From positions 1 to 53,993 of the forward strand of contig JACPHY010000008.1 in NCBI GenBank assembly GCA_016188355.1: 53,993 bases of DNA, given 5' to 3'. Positions 39,016-49,045 of the stretch are shown here, in pieces. Source of the stretch: Candidatus Uhrbacteria bacterium (GTDB lineage: Bacteria > Patescibacteriota > Patescibacteriia > JACPHY01). The position numbers were made by a program, and so were the translations under genes. Below the pieces are notes generated by a model, which searched no databases, had not been told where the DNA came from, and was given only the letters and a program-made list of their open reading frames with translations. Each line of letters starts with the position of its first letter. Within the stretch, counting starts at the first letter, position 1.

Positions 39016-39930
39016 TCAGACGCGCAGGTACCGGCGCAACGCCAGCGCCGAAATGAACACCGTGAGCAGGGAGAGACTCAAAATCTCCGCGCCCACGATC
39101 ACTCCTGCATGGTCGCGGAAGAATAGCACCATGTCAACGCCACGCGGACCAAGAAGCTCGCGCAATGTGGGTGCAATCACCCGCAACACCAGGGTCGTAA
39201 TCCCATAGGCAAGGCCCGTCGCCAGCGCACTTGCCAGCACCCCCATAATGAGAAACGGGGTACGCACAAACCAATTGGTCGCCCCCACGAGCTTCATGAT
39301 ACCCACCTCCTCGCGGCGCGCGTACGTAGCAATGCGCATGGCATTGATGATGATGAGGAGCGTCACGGCAAAGGAAAGTGCACTCATCACCATGCCCACC
39401 AACCGCACACGATCGGTGACCACCGTGAGGCGCTCCACGAGCACCCGTCCATCCGACGCACTCGTGGCCGCAACACGACCAGCGAATGCGGGCTCCTCAA
39501 ACAATCGTGCGAGCGCGGGAAAATCCTCCGGCCTCCGGAGCTGCATGCGCAATTCTGGACCAAACGGATTCTCGCCCAGCTCGTCGAGCGCCGCGAGTAC
39601 GTCCGCATTTCCCCGGTGCAACTCCCTGAATTCCGCGAGCACCTGCGCCCGCGATCGATGCTCCACGCTCGCAACTTCCTCGCGCTGCTCGAGATCGATC
39701 CGCGTCGCATCCACCTCAGACTCCGCAATGCTCGAACGAAATTGCACGCGGAGGTCCACACGCGATTCCAGTGCATGCAAGGCGATTTGCCCCGCCACAT
39801 TCACCGCAAGCAACACATGCACGCTCAGCAGCGTCAACGTCAAAATCACGACCGTCGTCGTGGTCAACCAAATATTCCGACCGAAATCCTGCAGCGCGAA
39901 TTTGAGCAGACGCAAGGGAGTAGTGAGCAT
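39016..39930 (-). CDS. ftsX: Cell division permease FtsX
   Basis: Four TMs; GENPF; RREEVGIMKLVGATNWFVRTPFL. Confidence 0.93.
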   Translation of the reverse strand: MLTTPLRLLKFALQDFGRNIWLTTTTVVILTLTLLSVHVLLAVNVAGQIALHALESRVDLRVQFRSSIAESEVDATRIDLEQREEVASVEHRSRAQVLAEFRELHRGNADVLAALDELGENPFGPELRMQLRRPEDFPALARLFEEPAFAGRVAATSASDGRVLVERLTVVTDRVRLVGMVMSALSFAVTLLIIINAMRIATYARREEVGIMKLVGATNWFVRTPFLIMGVLASALATGLAYGITTLVLRVIAPTLRELLGPRGVDMVLFFRDHAGVIVGAEILSLSLLTVFISALALRRYLRV

Positions 39931-39942
39931 GCGGTTGACGCA

Positions 39943-40623
39943 TTACAATCGATACTTCCCGTGTGGCTGATCGCTCACCACACGGCCGCCGTCCAACGCA
40001 ATAACTCTCCGGCGTACCATATTCACGATATCGCGATTGTGCGTCACCAAGAGCACCGTCGTGCCAAAGCTATTAATTTTTTCGAGGAGATCCGCAATCT
40101 CCCGCGTGTGGAGCGAATCAAGGTTACCGGTCGGCTCATCCGCGACGAGAATCTTTGGACGATGCACCAACGCCCGAGCAATCGCGACCCGCTGCTGTTC
40201 CCCACCGGAGAGCTGATTTGGGAATCGATCCGATTTCGCGTGGAGATCCACCATCCGGAGCACATTCGGTACCACCTCACGGATACGACTCCGCGGTGCT
40301 CCGCACACCTCCAATGCAAACGCCACGTTTTCTGCGACGGTTTTTCGATGGAGGAGCTTAAAGTCCTGAAACACTGTCCCAATCTGCCGACGGAGCGTCG
40401 AGATATCGCGCGTCCGAATCCGGCTGATATTCCACCCCCCAATCGTCATCGTTCCGGACGTCGGCTGCTCCTCGGCGATGAGTAATTTCACGAGCGTTGT
40501 TTTTCCGGTCCCGCTCTGTCCCACCAAGGACACAAACTCCCCAGGCTCGATGGTGAAACTCACCGTATCGAGCGCACGGACATTCGGCGGATACTCCTTG
40601 GTGACGCCGTCAAAGGTAATCAG
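39943..40623 (-). CDS. ftsE: Cell division ATPase FtsE (probable CTG start)
   Basis: [35 protein letters not shown]; frame extends upstream of the called GTG as (L/M)[10 protein letters not shown]. Confidence 0.92.
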   Translation of the reverse strand: MITFDGVTKEYPPNVRALDTVSFTIEPGEFVSLVGQSGTGKTTLVKLLIAEEQPTSGTMTIGGWNISRIRTRDISTLRRQIGTVFQDFKLLHRKTVAENVAFALEVCGAPRSRIREVVPNVLRMVDLHAKSDRFPNQLSGGEQQRVAIARALVHRPKILVADEPTGNLDSLHTREIADLLEKINSFGTTVLLVTHNRDIVNMVRRRVIALDGGRVVSDQPHGKYRL

Positions 40624-41360
40624 ATGGTATGGGTACGCTTACGAGCGACCGCAATACAGCCATTGCCCCAGGAGCTTCGCCACCGTCCATCGAGCACCAC
40701 GAGCACCCAGAGCACTGGGTATGCCACGAGCACGAGCGGACGCGCAATGCGCTGCAGTATTTGGAAGAGCTCCCACGCAAGGGCCCCTGGCGGACCGAAC
40801 GTCCTCCGAAGGACCATCACCTGGAACCCGGACGCCCGGAGCAACGCGGTGAGCGTGTCCGGAGCAAACCCTTCGCGTACATGGTCCTCCTGTGCATAGG
40901 ACGCAAATCGATGGAACCAGCGGCGCTGGGGTATCGCAGGGACATGCACGATGCACCACCCTCCTGGCTCCAGTACCGCAGCGAATTGCGTCAGTGCCTG
41001 TCCAGGATCCCGCACGTGCTCAAGGACGTCTACCGTATACACGATACCATACTGCGCACGCGTCGTGAGCGCGGTCACATCCCCCACCTCCACACGAACT
41101 GCACCCGTCAAATCCGTCTCCCGCAAACGACCGCGCAATCGTTCGACGACCTTGGGATCAATATCAAGAGCATCCACCCGAATGGCGGGCCACCGCCGCA
41201 CCGCCCATCGCGCATTCTCCCCGCGACCGCAGCCCGCATCGAGGAGTCGCGTGCCCGGCCGCGCAAGCTCTCGCATTGCTCGACGCACCGCACGATTGCG
41301 GATCTGTTCGCCCACATGACACTTCCCCCACCAGTCGAGCAATTGTTTACGAATATCCAT
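40620..41360 (-). CDS. Class I SAM-dependent methyltransferase
   Basis: LLDAGCGRG, DVLEHV, LEPGG. Confidence 0.88.
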   Translation of the reverse strand: MDIRKQLLDWWGKCHVGEQIRNRAVRRAMRELARPGTRLLDAGCGRGENARWAVRRWPAIRVDALDIDPKVVERLRGRLRETDLTGAVRVEVGDVTALTTRAQYGIVYTVDVLEHVRDPGQALTQFAAVLEPGGWCIVHVPAIPQRRWFHRFASYAQEDHVREGFAPDTLTALLRASGFQVMVLRRTFGPPGALAWELFQILQRIARPLVLVAYPVLWVLVVLDGRWRSSWGNGCIAVARKRTHTI

Positions 41361-41391
41361 ACCCCGGTATGGTACCCACGGTACACGAAAA

Positions 41392-41418
41392 ACCGTACCC
41401 ATCGAAGACGGGTACGGT
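41392..41418 (-). terminator. Intrinsic terminator
   Basis: Minus strand ACCGTACCCGTC-TTC-GATGGGTACGGT then a T run. Confidence 0.7.
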
Positions 41419-41445
41419 GAGCATCCGCGGGTCATGAACGTGAAA

Positions 41446-41955
41446 CTACAACGCCCAGCTCCGATCCTTGACCACGAATTGCGCGAGCACCTTTTGGCTC
41501 TCCACGCGACGATGCTCGTCTCCCCAATGGGGCACGTCTTGTTTCTCCAGCAGGGCGAGAGCGGCAAATTTGCCATCAATCCTGGCCTTCGCCTCGACGT
41601 ACCACGCGGTGCGCTCGTAGTGGGGTTCCGGCTCTTGCGGGTTCGGTCGAGCAAATCGACCGAACACCAGAACGCGCCGCTGTCGTTCGTACTCCCGCTG
41701 CCGACGCGCATTACGCTCACGCACGGGCCGTCGAACCTCATCCACTCGCGCCTGTAGCGCGCGCAGCTCCTGCATGAGCTGCAGCGAGAGCTCCATCATG
41801 CGCCGGCAGGTGACACAGTCGACGCGCTCCATGATGGCATCCAGGTTGTCCGGCGGGAACCCGAACAGACAACCGGGCGCCAAGGCGAGTATGAGCTGCG
41901 CACGCTCCGGCAGGCCCGACTGCGATAACTGTTCCGTTAGTGGCTTTGGTTCCAT
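41446..41955 (-). CDS. Hypothetical protein (169 aa)
   Basis: SD GGAGG; own promoter and terminator. Confidence 0.65.
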   Translation of the reverse strand: MEPKPLTEQLSQSGLPERAQLILALAPGCLFGFPPDNLDAIMERVDCVTCRRMMELSLQLMQELRALQARVDEVRRPVRERNARRQREYERQRRVLVFGRFARPNPQEPEPHYERTAWYVEAKARIDGKFAALALLEKQDVPHWGDEHRRVESQKVLAQFVVKDRSWAL

Positions 41956-42004
41956 TACTCCATCCTCCGTGGCGACCAACCGGTACCATTCGCTGGTCAG
42001 GCGC

Positions 42005-42033
42005 ACCGTATCCGAACATGACCACTCTGTCAA
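42005..42033 (-). promoter_or_regulatory. Sigma70-like promoter
   Basis: TTGACA-17 nt-TACGGT on the minus strand. Confidence 0.55.
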
Positions 42034-42076
42034 TCACCCCACCGCCACATGGCGAACCGCATCATTCTGCATCCTC

Positions 42077-42148
42077 AGCCGATGGTGGGATTTGAACCCA
42101 CGACCCATCGCTTACGAAGCGATTGCTCTACCACTGAGCTACATCGGC
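42077..42148 (-). tRNA. tRNA-Thr(CGT)
   Basis: GCCGATG/CATCGGC acceptor stem; anticodon loop TTCGTAA; T-loop TTCAAAT. Confidence 0.96.
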
Positions 42149-42164
42149 TCAAGACGAACAATGA

Positions 42165-43127
42165 TCACCCACGCACCAGCAAATACCCCACATACCCCAC
42201 ATAGCAGCCAAGGAGCAGCGCGCCCTGCCAGCGTTCGAGCGTGTGGCGCTTCCCGACGAACATCGTAGCGAACAACGCCGCACTCGCAAATACCGTCACA
42301 AGGATATCGAAATTCTGCCCCGCCGCAAACGGCAGCGGATGGAGGAGCGCACTTACTCCAAGAATGAAGAAAATATTAAAGATGTTTGATCCCACCACAT
42401 TCCCCACCGCAATATCCATGCTCCCCCGCCGCGCCGCAAGCACCGAGGTGGCAAGTTCCGGAAGAGAGGTGCCTACCGCCACGATAGTCAACCCGATGAG
42501 CGACTCGCTCACCCCAAGCATCCGCGCTCCTGCCACGGCACCCAGTACCACCCAGCGCCCACCCCAAATCAATGCCCCAAGCCCGGCCACCACCGCCACC
42601 ACCGCTCGTCCCATGCTCCACGGGTGCGCAGTTTCCGGCGCTGCCGCCCCCGTCTCCTGGCGAGCGATACTCAACACATACGCCAAAAAGATACTGAAGA
42701 ATCCCAGAAAAAGCAATCCGTCGGTCCGGCTCACCACCGCCACCACCGCACCGTCTATGATGCCATCGTTCGCGGCAATACCGACCGCGACCGCGGCGAG
42801 CAGACTCAAGGGGATTTCTTTCCAGGTGGTCCCCCGATGCACCCGCAATGGGATGAGTATTGCGGCAATACCGAGAATCGCAAAAATGTTGAATGTATTG
42901 CTCCCCAGAACATTCCCAATGGCGAGATCCGTTCGTCCTTCCGCACTGGCGAACAGATTCACCACCAATTCCGGCAGTGACGTTCCAAAGGCAACCAAGG
43001 TCAATCCAATTACCAACTCCGAAATACGAAACCGCCGCGCCAACGCCGCCGATCCCTGAACAAAAAAATCAGCCCCTTTGATGAGGAGGAGAAACCCAAC
43101 AACAAACAGAATCAACGTCAGAGCCAC
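42165..43127 (-). CDS. Ca2+/Na+ antiporter (YrbG/CaCA family)
   Basis: Two alpha repeats GTSLPE...GN(V)xGSNxFNI. Confidence 0.93.
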   Translation of the reverse strand: MALTLILFVVGFLLLIKGADFFVQGSAALARRFRISELVIGLTLVAFGTSLPELVVNLFASAEGRTDLAIGNVLGSNTFNIFAILGIAAILIPLRVHRGTTWKEIPLSLLAAVAVGIAANDGIIDGAVVAVVSRTDGLLFLGFFSIFLAYVLSIARQETGAAAPETAHPWSMGRAVVAVVAGLGALIWGGRWVVLGAVAGARMLGVSESLIGLTIVAVGTSLPELATSVLAARRGSMDIAVGNVVGSNIFNIFFILGVSALLHPLPFAAGQNFDILVTVFASAALFATMFVGKRHTLERWQGALLLGCYVGYVGYLLVRG

Positions 43128-43188
43128 AAATTCGATCGGTAATTTGATCTTTCAAACAAGCGGATCCTCGATTGGTCTCTTATGCCAT

Positions 43189-43259
43189 TGCGGGATACGA
43201 GAATCGAACTCGTGTCTCCTGCTTGGGAAGCAGACGTACTACCATTGTACGAATCCCGC
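43189..43259 (-). tRNA. tRNA-Gly(CCC)
   Basis: GCGGGAT/ATCCCGC acceptor stem; anticodon loop TTCCCAA; T-loop TTCGATT. Confidence 0.95.
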
Positions 43260-43341
43260 GTTTGCACTTTCCATGATGGGGAGCGTACCGCAAACAGACG
43301 CACTTCTGCAAGCGCATCATGGATCCGATCTCCTCACCTCC

Positions 43342-43722
43342 TCACCGAAAAATATGATGCCACCATTTCTCGACATTGGACTCCGGGACAGAAACTCCTG
43401 GGGATGCGGTATTGGACGCCGGCGTGTTGGGCGTATCAGGAATGATGAGCACGGTCTCTCCCGGACGCTGCAGCCCCATACGAAGCCTCGCCTCGCGCTC
43501 AATGAATTCCGGATGTGCACTCTGCTCGAGGAGATCAGAGAGACGATTCCGTTGCTGCTCCAGGCGGGCCACCTCCTGCTCAATCGTGCGAATTTCCCGC
43601 CGCACGCTGTTCCGGCGTTCCATTTCCTGCACAATTCCAGCCACCACGCCCGCAAGTGCGAGCGAACTCACTGCGAACACCAACGTTGTTCGCCAAGCAG
43701 AGCGAGGCCGTCGTTCCTTCAT
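43342..43722 (-). CDS. Septum formation initiator (FtsB/DivIC family)
   Basis: TM plus coiled coil plus FIEREARLRMGLQRPGE. Confidence 0.88.
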   Translation of the reverse strand: MKERRPRSAWRTTLVFAVSSLALAGVVAGIVQEMERRNSVRREIRTIEQEVARLEQQRNRLSDLLEQSAHPEFIEREARLRMGLQRPGETVLIIPDTPNTPASNTASPGVSVPESNVEKWWHHIFR

Positions 43723-44966
43723 ATCTCCGATGGCGCGTTGCGCACCCGAAGGAGCTCCCGGAGCACGACGCGATCATCCCACGGCAACTTCTGCCCCCGG
43801 GGACCCACGATCGCCTGTTCACAGCCCTTCCCCGTCACGAGCACTCGATCTCCCGGCTGTGCCTCCGACAGGACCACATGAAATGCGTCCCGTCGGTCGG
43901 CAATAATACGCACGCGCTCGGTGGGTAGTATAGCGCTCGGATGCGCCGTACACCACGCACGCGCACCCGCAGCAACCTCCTCCATGATGACCCCGGGATC
44001 ATCATCGTATGGATCTTCATTCGTCACCACCACCACATCCGCATGCGCCGCAGCGCGCTCCCCCATTGCGGGCCGCTTCCATCGATCACGACCACCCCCC
44101 ACCCCCCCAAGCACATGAAAGGTCCGTCCCGGAATCTCGGGCAACGCTCGATAGACCGCGTCGATGGCATGGGGAGTGTGCGCATAGTCCACGAGCACGG
44201 TGAACGCTTGGCCCAAGTCGATCGATTCCAAACGTCCCGGCAATCCGGTTACGGTCCGCAACGCACCATACACATCGACGCGGGAAAAACCGAGCACCTC
44301 CCCCACCGCCACCACCGCCGCAGCGTTTTCGGGAAATGCACGCAATACCGGCGCAAGTACCATATCGGACACTTCTCCCGCGGAGAACGTGCGCACCACA
44401 CGGAATGGATATGCAGTGTACTCCTCCGGATGTTCCAGCTCCCGCGGAACCACCGCAATGCGCTGCTTGGTCATCGTGCGCGCCGTCTGCGCAAAGAGAC
44501 GCGCCTTTGCCGCACGATAGCGCGCAAATCCCCCATGGGACTCAATGTGCTCGGACGCGAGATTCAGGAGCACCGCCACGTCGTATGCTATCGCCGAGCT
44601 CCGATACTGCACGATGCCTTCCGACGACGTCTCCACGATGGCATGCGTGCATCCCGCATCCACCATGTGTCGCAACATCCGCTGCAGCGCGAAACGTCCC
44701 GGCATGGTCATTTTGGACACATTCAACTGCTCTCCGTCGCCCAGCGAAAGCGTCGCCGTGGACGTCCAACCCACGCGTACCCCCATCTGCCGGAGCACGT
44801 GTCCCAGTGCCATGACGACGGAGGATTTCCCGTGCGTTCCCGTCACGCCAATCACAACCAGACGGCGACTCGGGAAGCGGTACCACCACGCTGCGGCAAA
44901 TGCCAGCGCATAATGATACGCGCGCAGGAGTGGCTTCGGAATACAGGTGCGGAGGAGATGGATCAT
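43719..44966 (-). CDS. murE: Mur ligase, MurE-like
   Basis: GVTGTHGKSS, ETSSEG, PGRLE, DYAHTP, NEDPY, GKGCE. Confidence 0.85.
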   Translation of the reverse strand: MIHLLRTCIPKPLLRAYHYALAFAAAWWYRFPSRRLVVIGVTGTHGKSSVVMALGHVLRQMGVRVGWTSTATLSLGDGEQLNVSKMTMPGRFALQRMLRHMVDAGCTHAIVETSSEGIVQYRSSAIAYDVAVLLNLASEHIESHGGFARYRAAKARLFAQTARTMTKQRIAVVPRELEHPEEYTAYPFRVVRTFSAGEVSDMVLAPVLRAFPENAAAVVAVGEVLGFSRVDVYGALRTVTGLPGRLESIDLGQAFTVLVDYAHTPHAIDAVYRALPEIPGRTFHVLGGVGGGRDRWKRPAMGERAAAHADVVVVTNEDPYDDDPGVIMEEVAAGARAWCTAHPSAILPTERVRIIADRRDAFHVVLSEAQPGDRVLVTGKGCEQAIVGPRGQKLPWDDRVVLRELLRVRNAPSEI

Positions 44967-46480
44967 GACGGGATGGATGATCGCTGTGCGCGCACCGCGC
45001 GGATAAACTGGTCGCCGCGATCAAACTCGTGGAGAAAACACCCAAAGGAGGCGGCGCCCGGCGAAAGCAGCACCAGGTCGCCTGGCTGCACAACCCGGCG
45101 TACCTGTGCGAATGCCGCGCGCATCGTTCGCACCACAACCACCCGATGCGTGCGCAAAAACTCGGGATACCGCGCAAGTTCCGTCTGCATCAAATCCGTC
45201 GCCGTCCCCGCGAAGAGCACCAGCATCGCCACATGCCGCACCGCTGCTTCGGCCCACCGATCAAACGTCAACCCCTTGTTCGTGCCGCCGCCTAGGAGAA
45301 TGATGCGTCCAGACGGGGTTTGATGGCGCAATTCCTCTACCGCCGCCAACGCACTGATGGTGCCGTCCGGAGAGGTCGCGCAAGTGTCGTTGATGTACGT
45401 AACGCCGCGAATGACCGCGATGCGCTCCAGGCGACCCGGAAGACCAGTGAATTGGGCGAGTGCACGGTCCACGGCACTAGTGGAGCATCCCATGGCACGC
45501 GCCGTTGCAGCGGCAATCGCAATGTTCATGGTGTTATGCACACCGAGCAGCGGGGATCGGCTGCGATGCGCGATGACGGCTGCGCCGGTACCGTGCGTAC
45601 GAATCTGATTCCCCGTGATCGTCACCCCAGACCAACGCGTACGCGGCGGCTTCATCGCCACCGGAATCACGCGCCCCGGAGCATACTCCGCGAGCACCCG
45701 CGTGATCGATTGATCCACGTTCACCACCGCGGTACTTTCGGGGGACTGAAAACGGAACAGACGTGCCTTTGCCAATGCGTACGATCGCATGGAGGGATAG
45801 CGATTGAGGTGATCGGGGTAGAGATTCGTGAGCACGGCAATATCCGGACCTCCGGTCGCGCGAGAGAGGTGCTCACAATGCCAGCTCGAAAGCTCCAGCA
45901 CGACCGTCACCGGCCCTTTCCGCATGGCGCGTTCCGTACGATCCAGTACCGCGAACATTGGGATGCGAATATTGCCGGCGAGCACCGTCGTACGCCCTGC
46001 TGCTGCCGACATCGCCGCAATGAGCGCTGCGGTCGTCGATTTTCCTCGCGTACCCGTCACCGCCACAATCGTATGCGCGTACTGCACCGACCCCGGTCGC
46101 ACGCTCATTGCCCGCACGCGCGCAAGAAAGAGCGATGCCTCATTCGCAATCGGGATACCCGCGCGCTGCGCGATGGCAAGATACGAAGAATCTCGTGGAA
46201 CGCCTGGATTCTGCACCACGAGATCCGTATTCCGAAAATCGTCGGCCCGGTGCTCTCCGAGTACCAACACCAGCGATCCGCTCCCGCGCTCCCGCGCGGT
46301 GGCCTCCAAGAGCCGCACGGAGGGGAGCAGGACGGCGCGCGACCGCAGATCGGTCACCACGACGGATGCCCCACGGCGAAGCAACCACCGCGCCACCGCG
46401 CAGCCTCCCCCATGGAGCCCCAGCCCCATCACGAGGACCCGCTTCTCCCGAATATCCGACAACCAATCCGCAAGCCGCAT
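44963..46480 (-). CDS. murD: UDP-MurNAc-L-Ala:D-Glu ligase
   Basis: GLGLHGGG, NPGVP, VTGTRGKSTT, LELSSW, DHLNRY, LLSPGAASF; start could also be 46492. Confidence 0.92.
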   Translation of the reverse strand: MRLADWLSDIREKRVLVMGLGLHGGGCAVARWLLRRGASVVVTDLRSRAVLLPSVRLLEATARERGSGSLVLVLGEHRADDFRNTDLVVQNPGVPRDSSYLAIAQRAGIPIANEASLFLARVRAMSVRPGSVQYAHTIVAVTGTRGKSTTAALIAAMSAAAGRTTVLAGNIRIPMFAVLDRTERAMRKGPVTVVLELSSWHCEHLSRATGGPDIAVLTNLYPDHLNRYPSMRSYALAKARLFRFQSPESTAVVNVDQSITRVLAEYAPGRVIPVAMKPPRTRWSGVTITGNQIRTHGTGAAVIAHRSRSPLLGVHNTMNIAIAAATARAMGCSTSAVDRALAQFTGLPGRLERIAVIRGVTYINDTCATSPDGTISALAAVEELRHQTPSGRIILLGGGTNKGLTFDRWAEAAVRHVAMLVLFAGTATDLMQTELARYPEFLRTHRVVVVRTMRAAFAQVRRVVQPGDLVLLSPGAASFGCFLHEFDRGDQFIRAVRAQRSSIPS

Positions 46481-46526
46481 ATGGTGCATCATGCGCACAT
46501 TCCTCGTCGCCATACACCTCGGCACG

Positions 46527-47546
46527 CTACGAGGCAGCGCCTCCGCGGAACACTGCACGTGCCGCATCCCAAAGCGATGCATCCTCCTGGGTGGTCTTCA
46601 GCCAGTACCAATACTCCGATCCCCAGAGATACACCTCAGGGAACCCGATCGCCCGCGCGAAATCGATATTCGCGAGCAGCTGGCCACGGTCCATGGACTT
46701 TCGTTGTTCCTCCAGGGGCAGCGCGAAAAAATCACCGCCCGCAATCCATGGCTCTGCCTGAAGCTCCGCGACGATCATCCGATCGGCGGGCTTTCCCGCC
46801 AACCATGCCTTCCATCGATACCATGCGGGCGGCAGGATGTGGTCATACGAGAGATAGCCGATCCATGGATTCCACACCGTGCGATAGAGCGTATGCCCGA
46901 GCCAATCTCCCGATGCGCCGCTCCGCATCCAAAAAGATAGCTCGCCGGAATCCGTGATGAGCACCGGATGCGCCGCATCGAGTGCGCGTACCTGCGCCAC
47001 TTCCGCGGCGAGCAGCTTCCCATCCCCCGGCGGACATTCCCCGAACACCCCAAGAAAAGGCTCATTTTCGACCTGCCACATTCCCAGGGTCGGGTGAGAC
47101 CGATACCGTTCCACCACGCGCTGCACATACGCCTGCAACGCCGTATGCTGTTCCGGCAGCGGCAATGCGCGTACCCAATCCGGCATGTGACACTCCGGCC
47201 ATCGCGGTAAGCGTTGCCCCACCGCAAGGAGCACCCGCGCATTGCGCGCGTGCGCTTGGTCGAGCATCCAATCAAGATCATCAAACTGGAAGACTCCCTG
47301 CTGCGGCTCGATTTCGTTCCAATAGGCACCCAACCGCAGCCGGCGTACCCCAACATCATCCAAGAGCGCCGTATAGGATGCTCGCCAATCGAGCCGGAGA
47401 TACGTCGCATGCGCTTTCGAGAAATGCACACCCCAAACCGGCGTTCCGCGCGATGGCGGAACCAAAAATAGCGCAAGGTATCCGATCAACATCGCTACCA
47501 CGACGACCGCAAGCGCACCGAGTGCACGCCCCCAGGAGAATGCCAT
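46527..47546 (-). CDS. Membrane-anchored clan GH-A glycoside hydrolase
   Basis: N-terminal TM; YWNEIEP...F-F--LD; WQVENEP acid/base motif; AELQAEPW. Confidence 0.75.
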   Translation of the reverse strand: MAFSWGRALGALAVVVVAMLIGYLALFLVPPSRGTPVWGVHFSKAHATYLRLDWRASYTALLDDVGVRRLRLGAYWNEIEPQQGVFQFDDLDWMLDQAHARNARVLLAVGQRLPRWPECHMPDWVRALPLPEQHTALQAYVQRVVERYRSHPTLGMWQVENEPFLGVFGECPPGDGKLLAAEVAQVRALDAAHPVLITDSGELSFWMRSGASGDWLGHTLYRTVWNPWIGYLSYDHILPPAWYRWKAWLAGKPADRMIVAELQAEPWIAGGDFFALPLEEQRKSMDRGQLLANIDFARAIGFPEVYLWGSEYWYWLKTTQEDASLWDAARAVFRGGAAS

Positions 47547-47655
47547 AGATGCAAGAGTTCACTCTCTACCATACGCGAGCGCGGAGCGATTGACGAGGCC
47601 TGGGTTCCATGCCAGCATGCAATGGTACGAATAGCTATCGCGAAAGGAGATGCAC

Positions 47656-48807
47656 GTGAAATCACCTTCACAATTCATCCATCAATTCCTCGATTCGTGG
47701 CTCTGGTCGCTCCGGATGCCCTCCTGGGGCGGAGACGAACGACTCAACACGGAGCTTCGAGCGAATGGTGATCACATTCCTGTGCTCGGCACCCTGATGC
47801 AAGAAATGTGGTACTCCGACGGCGGATCGCACGACTGGAGCACGAAGCGCCGCGTACAGCTCACCGCCATTCCGTCCCACGGTCCGAACGTCAGCTTCGA
47901 CGGTCTCCTAGACCCCGACGGTATCGGCACGTCCATGGCCGATCTCATTCCTGAACTGCGTGCACGGTGCCGAGCACTCGGCCTCGGGGAATGCGCCGTC
48001 ACCCATGCGGACCGATCCGTGCGCAGCGAGCCGCGCGATGAAGGAGAAATCTACACCGACGCGCAATGGGCAGTGGCATACATTCCCGCTGCGCAATGGG
48101 AGCAGATTCCACTCGCACAGCGACCCACCATTTACGCCGACAGCGTCAAGGGCGATCTCCCGAATAATGTGGAACACGTGTCCCGAATCGTCTTCCCCCA
48201 GGAACGCCATGTACCCATGGATCGTCCTCCGGAGCCGCGCCCCATCGATTTCGACACCGCACGCGTGCTCTTCGAGAGCAGTGACCATGCTGCTCGGCAG
48301 CAGGTATTCCTCACCGGGGACGGCACGCGCCTCATCGACATCATGGCCCCGCACTGGACGGCGCTCTGGTATCGCGTGCACGAGGAAGTGTTTACGCGAC
48401 AGTTTGGATGCGCACCGGAAACGCTCCCCGCGGGCCATATGGCGCATTGCATTGCCGATATCTGCAAAGGCATTTCCACAGAACGGTACAAGATGGACGG
48501 CCGAGCCAAACGGCGGATCATGAATGACGGCCTTGCTGCGCTCTTTGGGTCCTCCTTGTTCCCATCGCAAGAACTCCTCCGCAGCCGGCGTCGATGCCGC
48601 GCGGAATATCAATTCCGCTACGAGGACCTCGACATCCCCGATGTCCAGGAGTACGAACGCCATCTCCTCCCGGAAATTCTCCGCCACCCAAAATTCGCGT
48701 TCACCGAAAAGGATGTGCATCTCCCCGAAGCACACGAACGCGCTCGCCGCCTGCTCCCGGAGATCCTCCTCAATCCCGGGTGCGTCATACTGCGAGACGC
48801 CGAGTAA
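47656..48807 (+). CDS. Hypothetical protein (about 383 aa)
   Basis: Long ORF; SD AAGGAG 47644-47649 fits GTG 47656; terminator follows. Confidence 0.7.
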   Translation: MKSPSQFIHQFLDSWLWSLRMPSWGGDERLNTELRANGDHIPVLGTLMQEMWYSDGGSHDWSTKRRVQLTAIPSHGPNVSFDGLLDPDGIGTSMADLIPELRARCRALGLGECAVTHADRSVRSEPRDEGEIYTDAQWAVAYIPAAQWEQIPLAQRPTIYADSVKGDLPNNVEHVSRIVFPQERHVPMDRPPEPRPIDFDTARVLFESSDHAARQQVFLTGDGTRLIDIMAPHWTALWYRVHEEVFTRQFGCAPETLPAGHMAHCIADICKGISTERYKMDGRAKRRIMNDGLAALFGSSLFPSQELLRSRRRCRAEYQFRYEDLDIPDVQEYERHLLPEILRHPKFAFTEKDVHLPEAHERARRLLPEILLNPGCVILRDAE

Positions 48808-48813
48808 TCAAAG

Positions 48814-48845
48814 CACCCGCGACACATCATGATGTGTTGCGGGTG
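48814..48845 (+). terminator. Intrinsic terminator
   Basis: CACCCGCGACACATCA/TGATGTGTTGCGGGTG followed by TCTTTTT. Confidence 0.7.
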
Positions 48846-48869
48846 TCTTTTTGATGCCGGTGTTTCGTA

Positions 48870-48959
48870 TTCGCTTATTCGTCCCACTCCGCTTGCTCAC
48901 GTCGCTACGCTCTACGGGACAGGCTGAAGCTTCGCGCATGCACACGAATGAGACAATGG
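48870..48959 (+). repeat. Dispersed palindromic site, copy 4, interrupted by a 61-bp insert
   Basis: TTCGCTTATTCGT (48870-48882), insert 48883-48943, ACGAATGAGACAATGG (48944-48959). Confidence 0.75.
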
Positions 48960-49045
48960 CCCAACCCGCCAATCCAGCGCTGCCAGATGGCTGGCCTTCC
49001 CGGGAAACACTGCAACTCCGCAGCATTTGCTGCCCTTGTCTCTTG

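Noticed and set aside
34955-43259. Prophage or integrative element at the tRNA genes
   Set aside because: No integrase or phage structural genes, and I saw no duplicated tRNA 3' ends.
45320-46957. Long antisense ORFs (also 24221-25657, 32412-33788, 43941-45323, 51594-53075, 22106-23371)
   Set aside because: They shadow well-supported genes on the other strand, which is expected in high-GC DNA, and show no recognisable motifs.
48997-49006. TTCCCGGGAA as a Noc-binding site
   Set aside because: Only a 10-bp core with non-matching flanks; plausible by chance.
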